Of a stretch of DNA of 64,000 nucleotides, positions 1-13,789 are shown piece by piece. The position numbers and the translations under genes are program-made. Source of the stretch: Octopus bimaculoides (lineage: Eukaryota); contig NC_068987.1 in assembly GCF_001194135.2 (NCBI RefSeq), positions 79,626,861-79,690,860 of the forward strand, in the 5' to 3' direction. Under the pieces are notes generated by a model that worked only from the letters and a program-made list of their open reading frames with translations, was not told where the DNA came from and made no database searches. Every line of letters begins with the position of its first letter. The first letter of the stretch is position 1.

Positions 1-31
<31 letters not shown>

Positions 32-266
32 TATATACATATATATGTATACATCTACATATGGATATATGCATCACTATATATTCGTATATCTACTCAT
101 ATATAGTATATATGGAAATATATATTCATATATTACACACACGCACACACACATACATACATATGTAATATCTATGTACATATAAAACTATATATATATC
201 ATACATATGCATGTATGCGTATAGAGAGAGGTAAAATGAAGGCAAGATAGATCGATCGTTAAAAGT

Positions 267-298
<32 letters not shown>

Positions 299-1575
299 GC
301 ATGTATGATTGTATTGTTATTGTATGCACACTTTCAAGAGAAAGAGAAAGAGAAAGAGAGAAAGAGAAAGAGAGAAAGGAGTCACATGAGAATGGAAGAA
401 TGGACATAAGTGTGTGGAAGTCCCTTTGCATTGGCGATACAAATCTATATCTCAGTTACCTTTCCAATAGGAATCATCTCACTCTTCAGTTACATCTGGA
501 CATAAGAATCATGCTGTTTTGAATATCGCAACTGAAAAGAAGATATCTAATGTATTTATTAACGCTCTACCAAACCCTTAGATGTTACACAGTACAGTAA
601 CACGTAAAAAGAGCCAACCCTTGCGAGTATTCATACTTATATATATATNNNNNNNNNNNNNNNNNNNNNNNNNNNNNNNNNNNNNNNNNNNNNNNNNNNN
701 NNNNNNNNNNNNNNNNNNNNNNNNNNNNNNNNNNNNNNNNNNNNNNNNNNNNNNNNNNNNNNNNNNNNNNNNNNNNNNNNNNNNNNNNNNNNNNNNNNNN
801 NNNNNNNNNNNNNNNNNNNNNNNNNNNNNNNNNNNNNNNNNNNNNNNNNNNNNNNNNNNNNNNNNNATATATATAATTATAATAAGGATGTTGAATAATT
901 ACAACACTAGTCTGCTAGAAATAGACACCCAAATGGTCTATGAACCACTTAGATTATTACTCCACCACACAAGGTTGTAAGCGAGGAAAATAGACAACGA
1001 GGATTTATAAAATAATTTGGATAGTGCCATATCTATAGATTTCACCGTTTGAGTTATTAAAAAAACTTTCCAATCATCAGTGGCAACATACCGAACGTAA
1101 ATAAATGAAAAGTACATTATACATACCGCCATAAGTGCAAATAATGTCGAAGACTGGTGTTGTAACCATTCAATACCCTTATTATAATTATAATATAAAT
1201 TAACCATTATGGTATTTTTAGTATGCTGGCCACTGATAAATCATTAAATAATGGCTTTGTTCTAATTACGTATATATATACAGGCATGCATATAGAAATA
1301 CACACACACATATATATACAACACACGTGTGCATACACACACATACACATATACTTGTTACACATGCACGGGCGTGTAAGTTTGTGTGAATGAGTCCATT
1401 CTTCCAACCTTTATTTTGTTTTTAATTCGAATGTTCAGCAAAAGAGCCCTTTATATGGCCCAGCCAATGACTGTAACATGTAAATGTTAAAATATATGAA
1501 TACCTTGGTATTTGTTTTCAGATAAATGGTGCTTATGCGAAGCCATTCCACGTGGGCGTCAAACTCCCCCGAGAG

Positions 1576-1990
1576 TACATGCATACTCTCCTCTCTGCTG
1601 GTCATAATCCTCACGGACGGAATTGACATGCGCAACTGGGTTGGGAGTCGTATCCAGACAGGTGAGCAAAAGATCAATGGGCTGAAATTTGCAGAAGATA
1701 CGGTGCTACTGAACTGGTCGGAAGGTGCTCTCCGACAGAACTTGACAAGTTTGCAACCGATTGCTGCTCGGCATAAACGAAAATCTGTGCTGAGAACACT
1801 GAGGGAGACTCGTTCTCTCAAGAAATCCCTTACAATGCACTCTACATGTGAATGGAGTTCCACTAAAGCAGGGGAAATATTTAAGTATCTCGAGGCTGTT
1901 TTCACAAGTAAAGAAAAGCAGGAGGAAAAATTCAGTGCAAGAATTGCAGGAACTGGTGCAGTAATGGGCCAGATATAGCATTCGATCATC
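1576..1990 (+). mobile_element. Degenerate reverse-transcriptase fragment of an RTE-clade LINE
   Basis: ORF 1526-1978 contains LSSLLVIILTDGID...INGLKFAEDTVLL (decayed LSPxLF and F/YADD motifs) and EIFKYLEAVFTS...EKFSARIA (FKYLG...RI of RTE RT). Confidence 0.8.
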
Positions 1991-2424
1991 AGAAGATGGA
2001 AGATAGGTGTAAAATCCAAATAAAATGCAGGAAACATATGTTTATTAAGTTTTAGTAATCTATGCTTTATAAAGCATACACGCGTTTCAGGAAATTAAAT
2101 GGCAGGATTACATAACTGTTTGCTGAAAATTATAAAATTTTATTCCTTCAACAAAGTAGAAGGCCACCAATACTGGAAAACTCCCCGGACGCAGTAAAGG
2201 CGGTATATATAGGTGTTGCAATGTTCCTGGCTTTGGGTAAAAGAAAATATAGGAGTTAATTATGATTTTATTCGACATTTTCCCTTTCACATTCATACAC
2301 TTATTGCAGTGGTCCTTCAATTTTTCTAAACTCTGTTAAAGAATTCAAAAGGCTGGACCTCTAAGCAGGCTTTTTGCAACTCTCTTAAAGCCACGAACTT
2401 TGCAGTAGCCCCTAGATAGATATT

Positions 2425-2460
<36 letters not shown>

Positions 2461-2473
2461 NNNNNNNNNNNNN

Positions 2474-2523
<50 letters not shown>

Positions 2524-2704
2524 GCAAACTAGCTTTGCATACATCGGCTGCCAAATTCCATCTACTTAAAAAAAATGGGAATGGCACCCATCAGAGGACA
2601 TCGTAATAATTTCTATGAAACTTCGACAGTGAGAGCATCTTGTAAGCTTATTAATTACGTATTAATTATCGACATGATGGCAATAAATTAAGCGATCTGA
2701 AATG

Positions 2705-2820
2705 GTTAGGATTTAACCCCAGGTCGATCTCTGTGGAATTTGAACGTAGAACGTAAAACTGTACGACATGCTGCGAAGTATTTTGTTCGGCGAAGTAACG
2801 ATCCTGTGAGCTCTCCGCCT
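2705..2820 (-). mobile_element. SINE family B, degenerate 5' fragment
   Basis: gtcgatctctgtggaatttgaacgtagaacgt...ctccgcct matches the reverse complement of the family B head seen at 14297-14522. Confidence 0.6.
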
Positions 2821-2896
2821 TCATATCATGAGTAATAATAAAGATAAAGATTATTGATGAGAAGGAAATGAAAGAAGAAATGAAGATCTGAGAGAA

Positions 2897-3215
2897 GTGG
2901 AGAAAGGAAAGAAGATAAAATGGATGACATCAGTGAGAATGATGATGATGATAATGGTGACGACGATGATGATGATAAATGATGATGGTGATGATGATGA
3001 TGATGACAATGACGAGGATGAAAAGGAGAAAGAAAATGATGATGATGACGATGATGACAAAACAGAGGAGGAAAATGATGACAATAATGATGAGGAAGAC
3101 GGGAAGGATAATTATGATGCTGATGCTAATGAAGAGGAAGTTGCAGAGTAGAATGGTGATGACGATGACAATGACGACGACGACGACGACGACAATGATG
3201 CTGATGATGATGATA

Positions 3216-3256
<41 letters not shown>

Positions 3257-3430
3257 AAATGATGATGATGATGATGACGATGATGATGACGACGATTACG
3301 ACGACGACGATGACGATGATGATGATGAAGTGGTGGAGAGAGAGGAGAATGGTGACGACAATGACGACAGCGTCGACGGTCACGAAGATGACAAGAACAT
3401 TTTGATGAGGAGGAAGATGACGGCGGTCAC
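2897..3430. repeat. Compound (GAT/GAC)n trinucleotide array
   Basis: Directly visible. It produces the spurious poly-D/M/I ORFs on both strands. Confidence 0.95.
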
Positions 3431-3614
3431 AATGACGCTGCCACCGAGAACCAGTATTATCGACGGTCTATTATGCTTCTTTCTAGAAAGAGCGTTTATG
3501 TTTGAATAAGACGAAGGAAAAATGATATCACAAGTTGCATTGCATTGATAGTCTCCGAGGAACAGGATACGTCGACGGATACAGCGTAAAGAAGAGAGAA
3601 GAAAGAAGAGATGC

Positions 3615-3660
<46 letters not shown>

Positions 3661-4258
3661 NNNNNNNNNNNNNNNNNNNNNNNNNNNNNNNNNNNNNNNN
3701 NNNNNNNNNNNNNNNNNNNNNNNNNNNNNNNNNNNNNNNNNNNNNNNNNNNNNNNNNNNNNNNNNNNNNNNNNNNNNNNNNNNNNNNNNNNNNNNNNNNN
3801 NNNNNNNNNNNNNNNNNNNNNNNNNNNNNNNNNNNNNNNNNNNNNNNNNNNNNNNNNNNNNNNNNNNNNNNNNNNNNNNNNNNNNNNNNNNNNNNNNNNN
3901 NNNNNNNNNNNNNNNNNNNNNNNNNNNNNNNNNNNNNNNNNNNNNNNNNNNNNNNNNNNNNNNNNNNNNNNNNNNNNNNNNNNNNNNNNNNNNNNNNNNN
4001 NNNNNNNNNNNNNNNNNNNNNNNNNNNNNNNNNNNNNNNNNNNNNNNNNNNNNNNNNNNNNNNNNNNNNNNNNNNNNNNNNNNNNNNNNNNNNNNNNNNN
4101 NNNNNNNNNNNNNNNNNNNNNNNNNNNNNNNNNNNNNNNNNNNNNNNNNNNNNNNNNNNNNNNNNNNNNNNNNNNNNNNNNNNNNNNNNNNNNNNNNNNN
4201 NNNNNNNNNNNNNNNNNNNNNNNNNNNNNNNNNNNNNNNNNNNNNNNNNNNNNNNNNN

Positions 4259-4293
<35 letters not shown>

Positions 4294-4874
4294 TATATAC
4301 AGAAATATATATATATAGATACATAATATGTAGCGTGCGAGTGTTTGTGTATGTCTGTATGTGTGTGTATTTACATATGTTATGTATGTATATGTATTAC
4401 ATGAGTTTTTAGATATTTCAAACGGATGATGTCTATTAGTAAACTTCTAACTGGATATCACATCAAACAGTCATTGATCTAGCCTCACAGCTATCTCCTG
4501 AGACTTTGTTGTCCGCGGAATCAATAAACTGACAACTGTAGCTAGTCTTACAGAACATGCTATTTATTTCTTAGAACATGCAAGCGACTGACCACAGGTC
4601 GATTGAATCTAATCATTTATCGTAGCCTATATTAAAGTAACACTGCAATACTATTCATTCGCTGGCCAACGCTTATTTGAAAAAAAAAAAGGAAAAAAAA
4701 GAGGAAATGTGAAAAAGATATCATGTTTTTGTACATATGCACAGCAACACAAAGACGTGTGTGAGTGTGCGTATGCGTGTGTGCATGTGTGAAGGTGTCT
4801 ATATCTATATATGCATGTAGAAATATATATCCAAGGAATGCTTATATATAAAAACACATATATAAGCATAGAGA

Positions 4875-4947
<73 letters not shown>

Positions 4948-5439
4948 ACGTGTGTGTGTGTATACACACATATATGTAGAATCATATATATATATATATA
5001 TACATATACATGCGTATAAACATTATGCATAACCATATATATATATACATGCATGCACACACATATATATAAACTATATACATTATTTCCCGCCTCCATG
5101 TATAAGTATGTGTATACGTATGTATATATGTATGATGTATACGTTAATGTATGCATGCATGTGTGTGTGCGTGTATGTCTGTGTGCGTGCATGTGTGCGT
5201 ACGTGTGTCAGTGTGTTCGTGTGTGTGTGCGCCCGTGTATCTGTATGCGCGTGTTCGGGAGCAAAATGAAGAACGTCCTGGTAAATATGACATAGACGCA
5301 AAGACATATAACATCTAAATCATCTTATATACAGTATATCGTATTACACAAATGATTTATTACTTGTACGTATCTTGGAGACCTTGGCAATTACGTATAC
5401 TTGCACATATTCAAGCTGATATATAAATATACATGGTGG

Positions 5440-5780
5440 CAAAGATCCCTGCATCGCCATCAAACCACAGGACAAAATACTACAACATTTTGGGTTTCAA
5501 GGGTCCAGAGCTCTTGAATATGCTTCCAAAATGCATGAGAGGCCTGCATGGTGTGGATGTAAGTGTCTTTAAAACAAAACTGAATCTCTGCCTATCAAGA
5601 GTTCCAGACGAGCCTACGTCACGACAGGAAACACAGATGAGGGCAGCAGGATTAAACTACCTCATTGACCAAATGCTACGTATCACAGGTGGTTTTAAAC
5701 AATGGTATAGCACAGGCAACTGTGGTGCTCCAGCATGGCTGGAGCTTTGAAGTTGAAACATTTTAAAGAAATGAAAGACA
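5440..5780 (+). mobile_element. 3' end of a CR1-like LINE (ORF2 C-terminus plus 3' tail)
   Basis: GFKGPELLNMLPKCMR...VSVFKTKLNLCLSRVPDEP...RAAGLNYLIDQ resembles the GPxLFNxLP...FKxKLDxxLxxVPDEP...SNSLIDQ terminus of CR1-type ORF2. Confidence 0.7.
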
Positions 5781-5784
5781 TTAC

Positions 5785-5846
<62 letters not shown>

Positions 5847-6510
5847 NNNNNNNNNNNNNNNNNNNNNNNNNNNNNNNNNNNNNNNNNNNNNNNNNNNNNN
5901 NNNNNNNNNNNNNNNNNNNNNNNNNNNNNNNNNNNNNNNNNNNNNNNNNNNNNNNNNNNNNNNNNNNNNNNNNNNNNNNNNNNNNNNNNNNNNNNNNNNN
6001 NNNNNNNNNNNNNNNNNNNNNNNNNNNNNNNNNNNNNNNNNNNNNNNNNNNNNNNNNNNNNNNNNNNNNNNNNNNNNNNNNNNNNNNNNNNNNNNNNNNN
6101 NNNNNNNNNNNNNNNNNNNNNNNNNNNNNNNNNNNNNNNNNNNNNNNNNNNNNNNNNNNNNNNNNNNNNNNNNNNNNNNNNNNNNNNNNNNNNNNNNNNN
6201 NNNNNNNNNNNNNNNNNNNNNNNNNNNNNNNNNNNNNNNNNNNNNNNNNNNNNNNNNNNNNNNNNNNNNNNNNNNNNNNNNNNNNNNNNNNNNNNNNNNN
6301 NNNNNNNNNNNNNNNNNNNNNNNNNNNNNNNNNNNNNNNNNNNNNNNNNNNNNNNNNNNNNNNNNNNNNNNNNNNNNNNNNNNNNNNNNNNNNNNNNNNN
6401 NNNNNNNNNNNNNNNNNNNNNNNNNNNNNNNNNNNNNNNNNNNNNNNNNNNNACACACACACACACACACATACACACGCGCACACACACAGATATATAT
6501 ATTTATATAT

Positions 6511-6671
6511 GAAGGGCTCCTTTTAGTTTCTGTATACAAAAGCCGCTCACAAGACATTGGTTGACTCAAGGCTATAGTAGAAACACTCGACGAAGGTGCC
6601 ACGCAGTGTGACCGAACCGGGAACCATGTGGTTGGGAAGCAAGCTTCTTACCATACAGCCGCGCCTGCGCC
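6511..6671 (-). mobile_element. SINE family A, 5' half
   Basis: Reverse complement reads ggcgcaggcgcggctgtatggtaagaagcttgcttcccaaccacatggttcccggttcggtcacactgcgtggcacc and runs into the microsatellite and gap. Confidence 0.8.
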
Positions 6672-6733
6672 ATGTACATATATTTGCATATAATTAATTA
6701 CCTTTCTTTCTCTTTCCTTACATATCTCTCTTC

Positions 6734-6782
<49 letters not shown>

Positions 6783-7284
6783 TCACTCTCTCCTTGTCAC
6801 TCTCAGTCACGTGTATCGACATGCTGGCATTTCATTTGAAAATATGTTTTTTCATCTGATATAATTAATATAATGTGATTCCATGTCGTGGTCGTTTATT
6901 CGTTAACTTCAAATGCTCCAAGTTTATTGTTCAAAATATAAAGTGATTGATTGCTTTTCCGATATTTAAAATTTAATTAATTGAAGCCAATACAATCAAG
7001 GTCGATGTATGTGACTCCGTATGTGTGAACATACATACATAGATACACACACACGCGCGCACATATATATATGTATATGTATATACATATTAATGTTTGT
7101 TTTTATTTTCAGTTATAATCACAATTTTCCATTAATTTGATGGGTTACTTTATACTTTTGTAGAGTAGAAATTTACCATTCTTATGCAAGAAATTTGATA
7201 GCAGTGACTTCGAAGTTTTGTGCAGCTAACCAATCATCACAGTCCGTTGACGGCTTAGCTGTCAACGACATTCTTGGAAAAATA

Positions 7285-7315
<31 letters not shown>

Positions 7316-8822
7316 GATATATATATATANNNNNNNNNNNNNNNNNNNNNNNNNNNNNNNNNNNNNNNNNNNNNNNNNNNNNNNNNNNNNNNNNNNNNNN
7401 NNNNNNNNNNNNNNNNNNNNNNNNNNNNNNNNNNNNNNNNNNNNNNNNNNNNNNNNNNNNNNNNNNNNNNNNNNNNNNNNNNNNNNNNNNNNNNNNNNNN
7501 NNNNNNNNNNNNNNNNNNNNNNNNNNNNNNNNNNNNNNNNNNNNNNNNNNNNNNNNNNNNNNNNNNNNNNNNNNNNNNNNNNNNNNNNNNNNNNNNNNNN
7601 NNNNNNNNNNNNNNNNNNNNNNNNNNNNNNNNNNNNNNNNNNNNNNNNNNNNNNNNNNNNNNNNNNNNNNNNNNNNNNNNNNNNNNNNNNNNNNNNNNNN
7701 NNNNNNNNNNNNNNNNNNNNNNNNNNNNNNNNNNNNNNNNNNNNNNNNNNNNNNNNNNNNNNNNNNNNNNNNNNNNNNNNNNNNNNNNNNNNNNNNNNNN
7801 NNNNNNNNNNNNNNNNNNNNNNNNNNNNNNNNNNNNNNNNNNNNNNNNNNNNNNNNNNNNNNNNNNNNNNNNNNNNNNNNNNNNNNNNNNNNNNNNNNNN
7901 NNNNNNNNNNNNNNNNNNNNNNNNNNNNNNNNNNNNNNNNNNNNNNNNNNNNNNNNNNNNNNNNNNNNNNNNNNNNNNNNNNNNNNNNNNNNNCAAATTC
8001 CTAGTTTTCCCATTATACCAACGCTCAGACAACACCACTGACCAAACACGAATAAATAGGGAAAATAATCTTATTCAAAAATACAGACCACAGCTCAACA
8101 TACTCTAACATAAGCCCCCTCCCCAGGTGCACGCCCAAAACAAAGACACACAGATACGCAAAATCACACACACACCAATACAATGCAAACCTCCGACACG
8201 AACACACTTACACACATATATACACACACACACAATCAAAATATCTCCACACTAGAGCACAAACCCGCATACATTTCAAGAAAAAACACATGCATATATA
8301 CACTTACAATACAATTGTAGCAACCACAACCAACACCCATACACACATATGTAAACAGGTACATGCACACACCTACACACCACTCCGGCAACCACAAATC
8401 ATATTCACACACGCATATTTGCATACATATGTACACACACATACAAACACCATACGCCTGTTCCCCAGTAAAAATGTCACACANNNNNNNNNNNNNNNNN
8501 NNNNNNNNNNNNNNNNNNNNNNNNNNNNNNNNNNNNNNNNNNNNNNNNNNNNNNNNNNNNNNNNNNNNNNNNNNNNNNNNNNNNNNNNNNNNNNNNNNNN
8601 NNNNNNNNNNNNNNNNNNNNNNNNNNNNNNNNNNNNNNNNNNNNNNNNNNNNNNNNNNNNNNNNNNNNNNNNNNNNNNNNNNNNNNNNNNNNNNNNNNNN
8701 NGCAATTGTTTTCGTTCCAGCACACGATCTCAGATCAGGTCACTTGCTATGCAAGTACATCTCCGTAGGATGTCGGTATGCACATACCTGTACGTATATA
8801 TGCATATACTCATTTACTATTT

Positions 8823-8861
<39 letters not shown>

Positions 8862-9464
8862 TATATATGTATATATATGTACATATCTGCATACATACGT
8901 GCACACACACAAATACACAGACACACACAAACACACAAATGTACACACATCCATGCACCCGTACACACAAAGTATTAATAAGGTACAGAAAATATATTTG
9001 ATATTTTACGCTTTATAAATCTATGCGTGTTTCGTTAAATTCACTGGCAGTATTACATAATTGCATTTTGAAAAGTATATAATCTAAATAAAATACTTCA
9101 GCGTTATGCAAAATATACAAAGAATCTTTAATTGCACAGTATATATCCACGTAATATCCACGTAAGTAGTGTAGCGGGACCCGAGGTTCAGTGCAATAGG
9201 AGAAATCACACAGGGAACAGATGATCGAGGCTCATTTATTGGCTTGATAGACACACTAACTTGTATATACACACACCCACTCTCATATGTATGCAGCACA
9301 GAAGAAAGAAGGAACGAGACAACTACAATCTTGTAAATAAGACAACTCAGGCATCAACAACTTGAACAATGACCACAATTTCTGCAATACCAAAGCCAGG
9401 CCTACCGATAATGATAATAATGACAATGATAATACTAATAAGAACCATAATAATCGTTTCATGC

Positions 9465-9625
9465 TTTAGCACACGGCCAGCAATTTCGGGAAGGAGTTAA
9501 ATCGACCCCAGTGTTCAACTGGTACTTATTTTATCGACCCTGAAAGGATAAATGGCAAGGTCGGCTTCGGCTAAATTTGAAATCCGAACGTAAAGACGAA
9601 CGAAATGCCGTTAAGCATTTTATCT
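9465..9625 (-). mobile_element. SINE family B fragment
   Basis: atcgacccccagtgttcaactggtacttattttatcgaccctgaaaggat matches the other B copies. Confidence 0.75.
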
Positions 9626-10310
9626 AGAACCTCATAATAATACCTATTAATGATATCTACGGTAAGAATGGCAGCGAGAATATGAGCAGCCCCTGCCATA
9701 AATTAGGTTCAAGGGAGCAAGTGGTCAGTTTATTGTCAAGTTTATGAAGACCGCTTCAAACAATTCGCTTGGGCGTCTTGATAAAAATATATTGGTGATC
9801 GATAGTCAATGATCTTCGAGACGTTGTACACCAACCACCACTCTCCGTACCACACACATGCATTAACATCCCATGTGAGATACCCCACGCGTTCAGGCAA
9901 TCTACGTGTCCATACACATATCTACATACCCATACACACACATACATACACACACAGATACACACGCACAGACACACATATACATACACGCGCAAAGACA
10001 GAGGTACATACACATCTACACACGCACATACAGAGATTCACACGTAAATGCGTATATGTTCAGTGAGGCATCTAGGCGATCATATTACAGCATCACACAT
10101 GAACAAATACCTCACCATCGTACCAGAGTGTAACTCCTTTCTAATCTTACATCATTCCTCACCCTGCGCTCACCTACCTCTTGTCGAAGGCAAGCGTTTA
10201 AGTTCGTAGATATTCATTAAAACTTGGCAGATTATCTAAATATATAATGTACATCAATTTGATACTGTAAGTCAATATGGTTTCTCACTCTGCAGTAGTA
10301 CTGGACGCGT

Positions 10311-10433
10311 GGAAGAGCGTAGCTTAGTGGTTACGGTATTCGGCTCATTATCCTTAGGCTGTAAGTATGATTTCCAGCAGTCCATTGTGTCCTTGGGCTA
10401 AACGCTTTATTTCACGTTGATCCAGCTCATTCA
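10311..10433 (+). mobile_element. SINE family C (V-SINE-like), head fragment
   Basis: gcgtagcttagtggtt A-box and gtgtccttgggctaaacgctttatttcacgttgatccagctcattca, similar to 41809-41940. Confidence 0.6.
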
Positions 10434-10440
10434 TGAGTAA

Positions 10441-10605
10441 TATTTGTAATTCAAAGCGTCAACCATGACACATTCTGTGTCATGCTGAAACCCCCTGAGA
10501 ACTGCGTGGAAGGTATGCTTGTCTGTGGAATGCTCAACCACTTGCTCGTTAATAATCACGCCCGACTGTTCCTTCAATCGGATCAACTGGGACCCTCGTC
10601 GTCGT
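10441..10605 (+). mobile_element. SINE family D, body and tail fragment
   Basis: ctgagaactgcgtggaagg...gtggaatgctcaaccacttgc...cggatcaactgggaccctcgtcgtcgt matches the reverse complement of 37274-37450. Confidence 0.75.
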
Positions 10606-10616
10606 GAGCATTTGCT

Positions 10617-10875
10617 GTAGTGGTTAAGAGCGCGAGCTACTAACTCCAAGATTTCGAGTTCGATTCCAAGCAGTGACCTGAACAATAATAATAATAATAA
10701 TAATAATGATGATGATGATGATGATAATAATAATAATAATGATGATGATGATGATAATAATAATAATAATAATGATGATGATGATAACATCGAAAAAAAC
10801 CTTAAGAATGAGAACCCAGGTTCGAAATTTCCCCAAGACACCTGAAGAAGGCTGGAGGATGTATCAGTCGAATGT
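10617..10875 (+). mobile_element. SINE family E: tRNA-like head, (AAT/GAT)n, and a Penelope-like tail with a decayed hammerhead motif
   Basis: tagtggttaag A-box, gagttcgattcc B-box, then the microsatellite, then cCTGAAGA-aggctg...cagtc-GAATgt. Confidence 0.55.
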
Positions 10876-12001
10876 AAATAATGTAAATAATATAAATAAG
10901 AATATATTTATCCATAACCATACTTTTCCACCCAATGTAGAGTACTGTCCCTTTCACACAATTTTTGTCGATGCTAAAGCCTTACTACAAAAGAAATAAT
11001 GATGAATTCACCATCCCAAAGCAGAGAGTCAAGATGTTTGACAGAGCGACAGAGTCACATTTAAAGAGCCACAAATCCACATCATCATCACAAGTCTTTG
11101 GTAAAAGATGAAAGGAAAAGAAAGAGGGCGTTAATACTCAGCAAAATATCTTAGAATGTTCCAACTGTCTATATTTTCAGAATATTCCAGTGTCATTCAG
11201 ATCATATTTAGTTAGGCTGCTTTTTAGATTAATAAAAAAGAACAGTGAAAAGTGACCACAATTTCAAAAGGTTACGTACAGATACCATAAATTGATTACA
11301 TGTACAGTCGACCAAATTCAGTCTACCGACACAGAAGAATCAATGTCTTGGTAACATGTACAATACTTTCGCTAATTACTAAGCTGCCTATCATACTCCG
11401 ATATCGAGACGCACTAGGTCACCTTATTCGTAAGCCAGCAAAACATCCAGGATGTAATAGCTGAAGGAACAGAGGTTTCTACTAGCACACTGGCTAGTGT
11501 TCATTACAGCTAAGTAGCCTTGAGTAACGTGAAATGAAGTGTCTGGAATCTAAATGCTTCAATTCTGGTACGTAATGCTTGCAGTGATCGGATGAGCGAA
11601 TTCTTTTAGGCTGTGGTTGACAATGTTCTTTCATATTTAAACATCGTAACAATAAAACTGCTTACGGAATATCTATACAAATCTAATTATCCATCTATAC
11701 GTTTCTCAGGAGATGTACGTATATAAGGTCTAGAAAAAGCAATTTTCGATATTCATACAATTAACACACTAAAGATTATTTATCAAATTTGTGCAGTGCA
11801 TTCGGGATAAAACCAGATAGGGGGAAAAACCTAACAAATAAATATACGCATATTAACGCACGTATATATATATATATATATATATATAGATAGATGTATA
11901 CATATATATTCAGTTACATTTACGCACATTTGTGTTAATGCCGAAGATGTTGATATTGACGCTGATGTTGGTAGGGAAATTAGAGCTTTTGTTAACACTA
12001 T

Positions 12002-12075
<74 letters not shown>

Positions 12076-12393
12076 GATATATATATTTATATACACACAG
12101 AAACAAATATGTAGAAATATACATTATATATGTGCATATATTTGTGTGTATGCGATCGTGTGTGTGTATGCGTCCATTTCAATGTGTGCATATATTTGTA
12201 TGTATGCAAGTGTGTGTGTGTGTGTTACAGAGAGAGCGAGAGAGTCCATTTCCACGTGCGTATGCGTGTGTATTCCCCATTCTGCGAAAATAATAGACTC
12301 TTTAAACGTAATTAAATAAATACTGTTTTGGCTTCTACATTAATTATTTCCAGCTCACCCTTCATACACAATTATAGAGAGCTCCTGACAACT

Positions 12394-12405
12394 GCCGCCA
12401 TTTTG
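12394..12405. promoter_or_regulatory. YY1-consensus motif GCCGCCATTTTG in non-repetitive DNA
   Basis: Exact consensus match, with a second gccatgtt 7 nt downstream. There is no functional evidence. Confidence 0.25.
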
Positions 12406-13699
12406 TTTTCAGCCATGTTGTGTTTGTCTCCTACTTATGCATTCCGCTGCAATTAAATAATCATTTCAAGCTTTCCCTTTTATTAATTTTGATGCATCTT
12501 TCCCTCCGTTATATCGTCATATACTAACAGATCCTATTACACTTTTCCCTCCACTAACAAACTTAATCCTATTAGATGAGCTAAGTGTTTGCAGACCCGT
12601 TTCTGCCCAAGAATTACTTTTCTTTTCACATAATTGTATTATTCCGCCCTATTTACTTTTTTTTATAATCGTTTATGTTATTTTACTTTGAATATTTTTT
12701 ATCATCCTATAGACTTATATGTATTCGCATCAACATTAAATATATTCAAAGTTAGATACCAGATCTATGGAGCTACCCTCATTTTTACACCACGGATTGC
12801 TAACATGCAATTTTGCTCACTCTGTTAACCTTAATTCACATCAGAAGAGAAAGTAAAGGCTAACTTAGTATTTTATATCTCTCTACTGCAAATACTGAAT
12901 ACTAAATGCATTTAATTTTCTTTATGATATAGAATTGCTGTCGCCGTCATATATATTGGTACCAAGCTTAAGCAGCTTTTTACTAACATGATTTCGATAT
13001 ATATATATATATATATATATATAATAAGCAACACGGATTTCAAAGGTTTTCAAATCCGTGTTGCTTATTTTTTTGATTTTAATCACCTATCCTTTTGGGA
13101 TGCGATATTCGGGTGCCTACGCATAAGTACCATATTCAACCTTGAATCTATATCTAAACCGTATATATATATATATATTAATCAAAGAAATTCCAACTTT
13201 GATTTTCACGCTTTATTTACAATCTTATAATACGATAATATAATATAATATAATGAAATGATAGAATATTAAATGTCTATTCTGATTGAACTAGTACTTT
13301 CATGCATTAAACTATGCAATCTTCAGGTTCATATAGTATTCTAAATTGTAAAACATAACTGTCACNNNNNNNNNNNNNNNNNNNNNNNNNNNNNNNNNNN
13401 NNNNNNNNNNNNNNNNNNNNNNNNNNNNNNNNNNNNNNNNNNNNNNNNNNNNNNNNNNNNNNNNNNNNNNNNNNNNNNNNNNNNNNNNNNNNNNNNNNNN
13501 NNNNNNNNNNNNNNNNNNNNNNNNNNNNNNNNNNNNNNNNNNNNNNNNNNNNNNNNNNNNNNNNNNNNNNNNNNNNNNNNNNNNNNNNNNNNNNNNNNNN
13601 NNNNNNNNNNNNNNNNNNNNNNNNNNNNNNNNNNNNNNNNNNNNNNNNNNNNNNNNNNNNNNNNNNNNNNNNNNNNNNNNNNNNNNNNNNNNNNNNNNN

Positions 13700-13759
<60 letters not shown>

Positions 13760-13789
13760 ACTCTTCCTCCTTGACTCTCTCGTCACTGA

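Noticed and set aside
7095-7150. Strong polypyrimidine/AG acceptor at 7112
   Set aside because: All three frames stop within 30 nt; such sites are common in AT-rich DNA.
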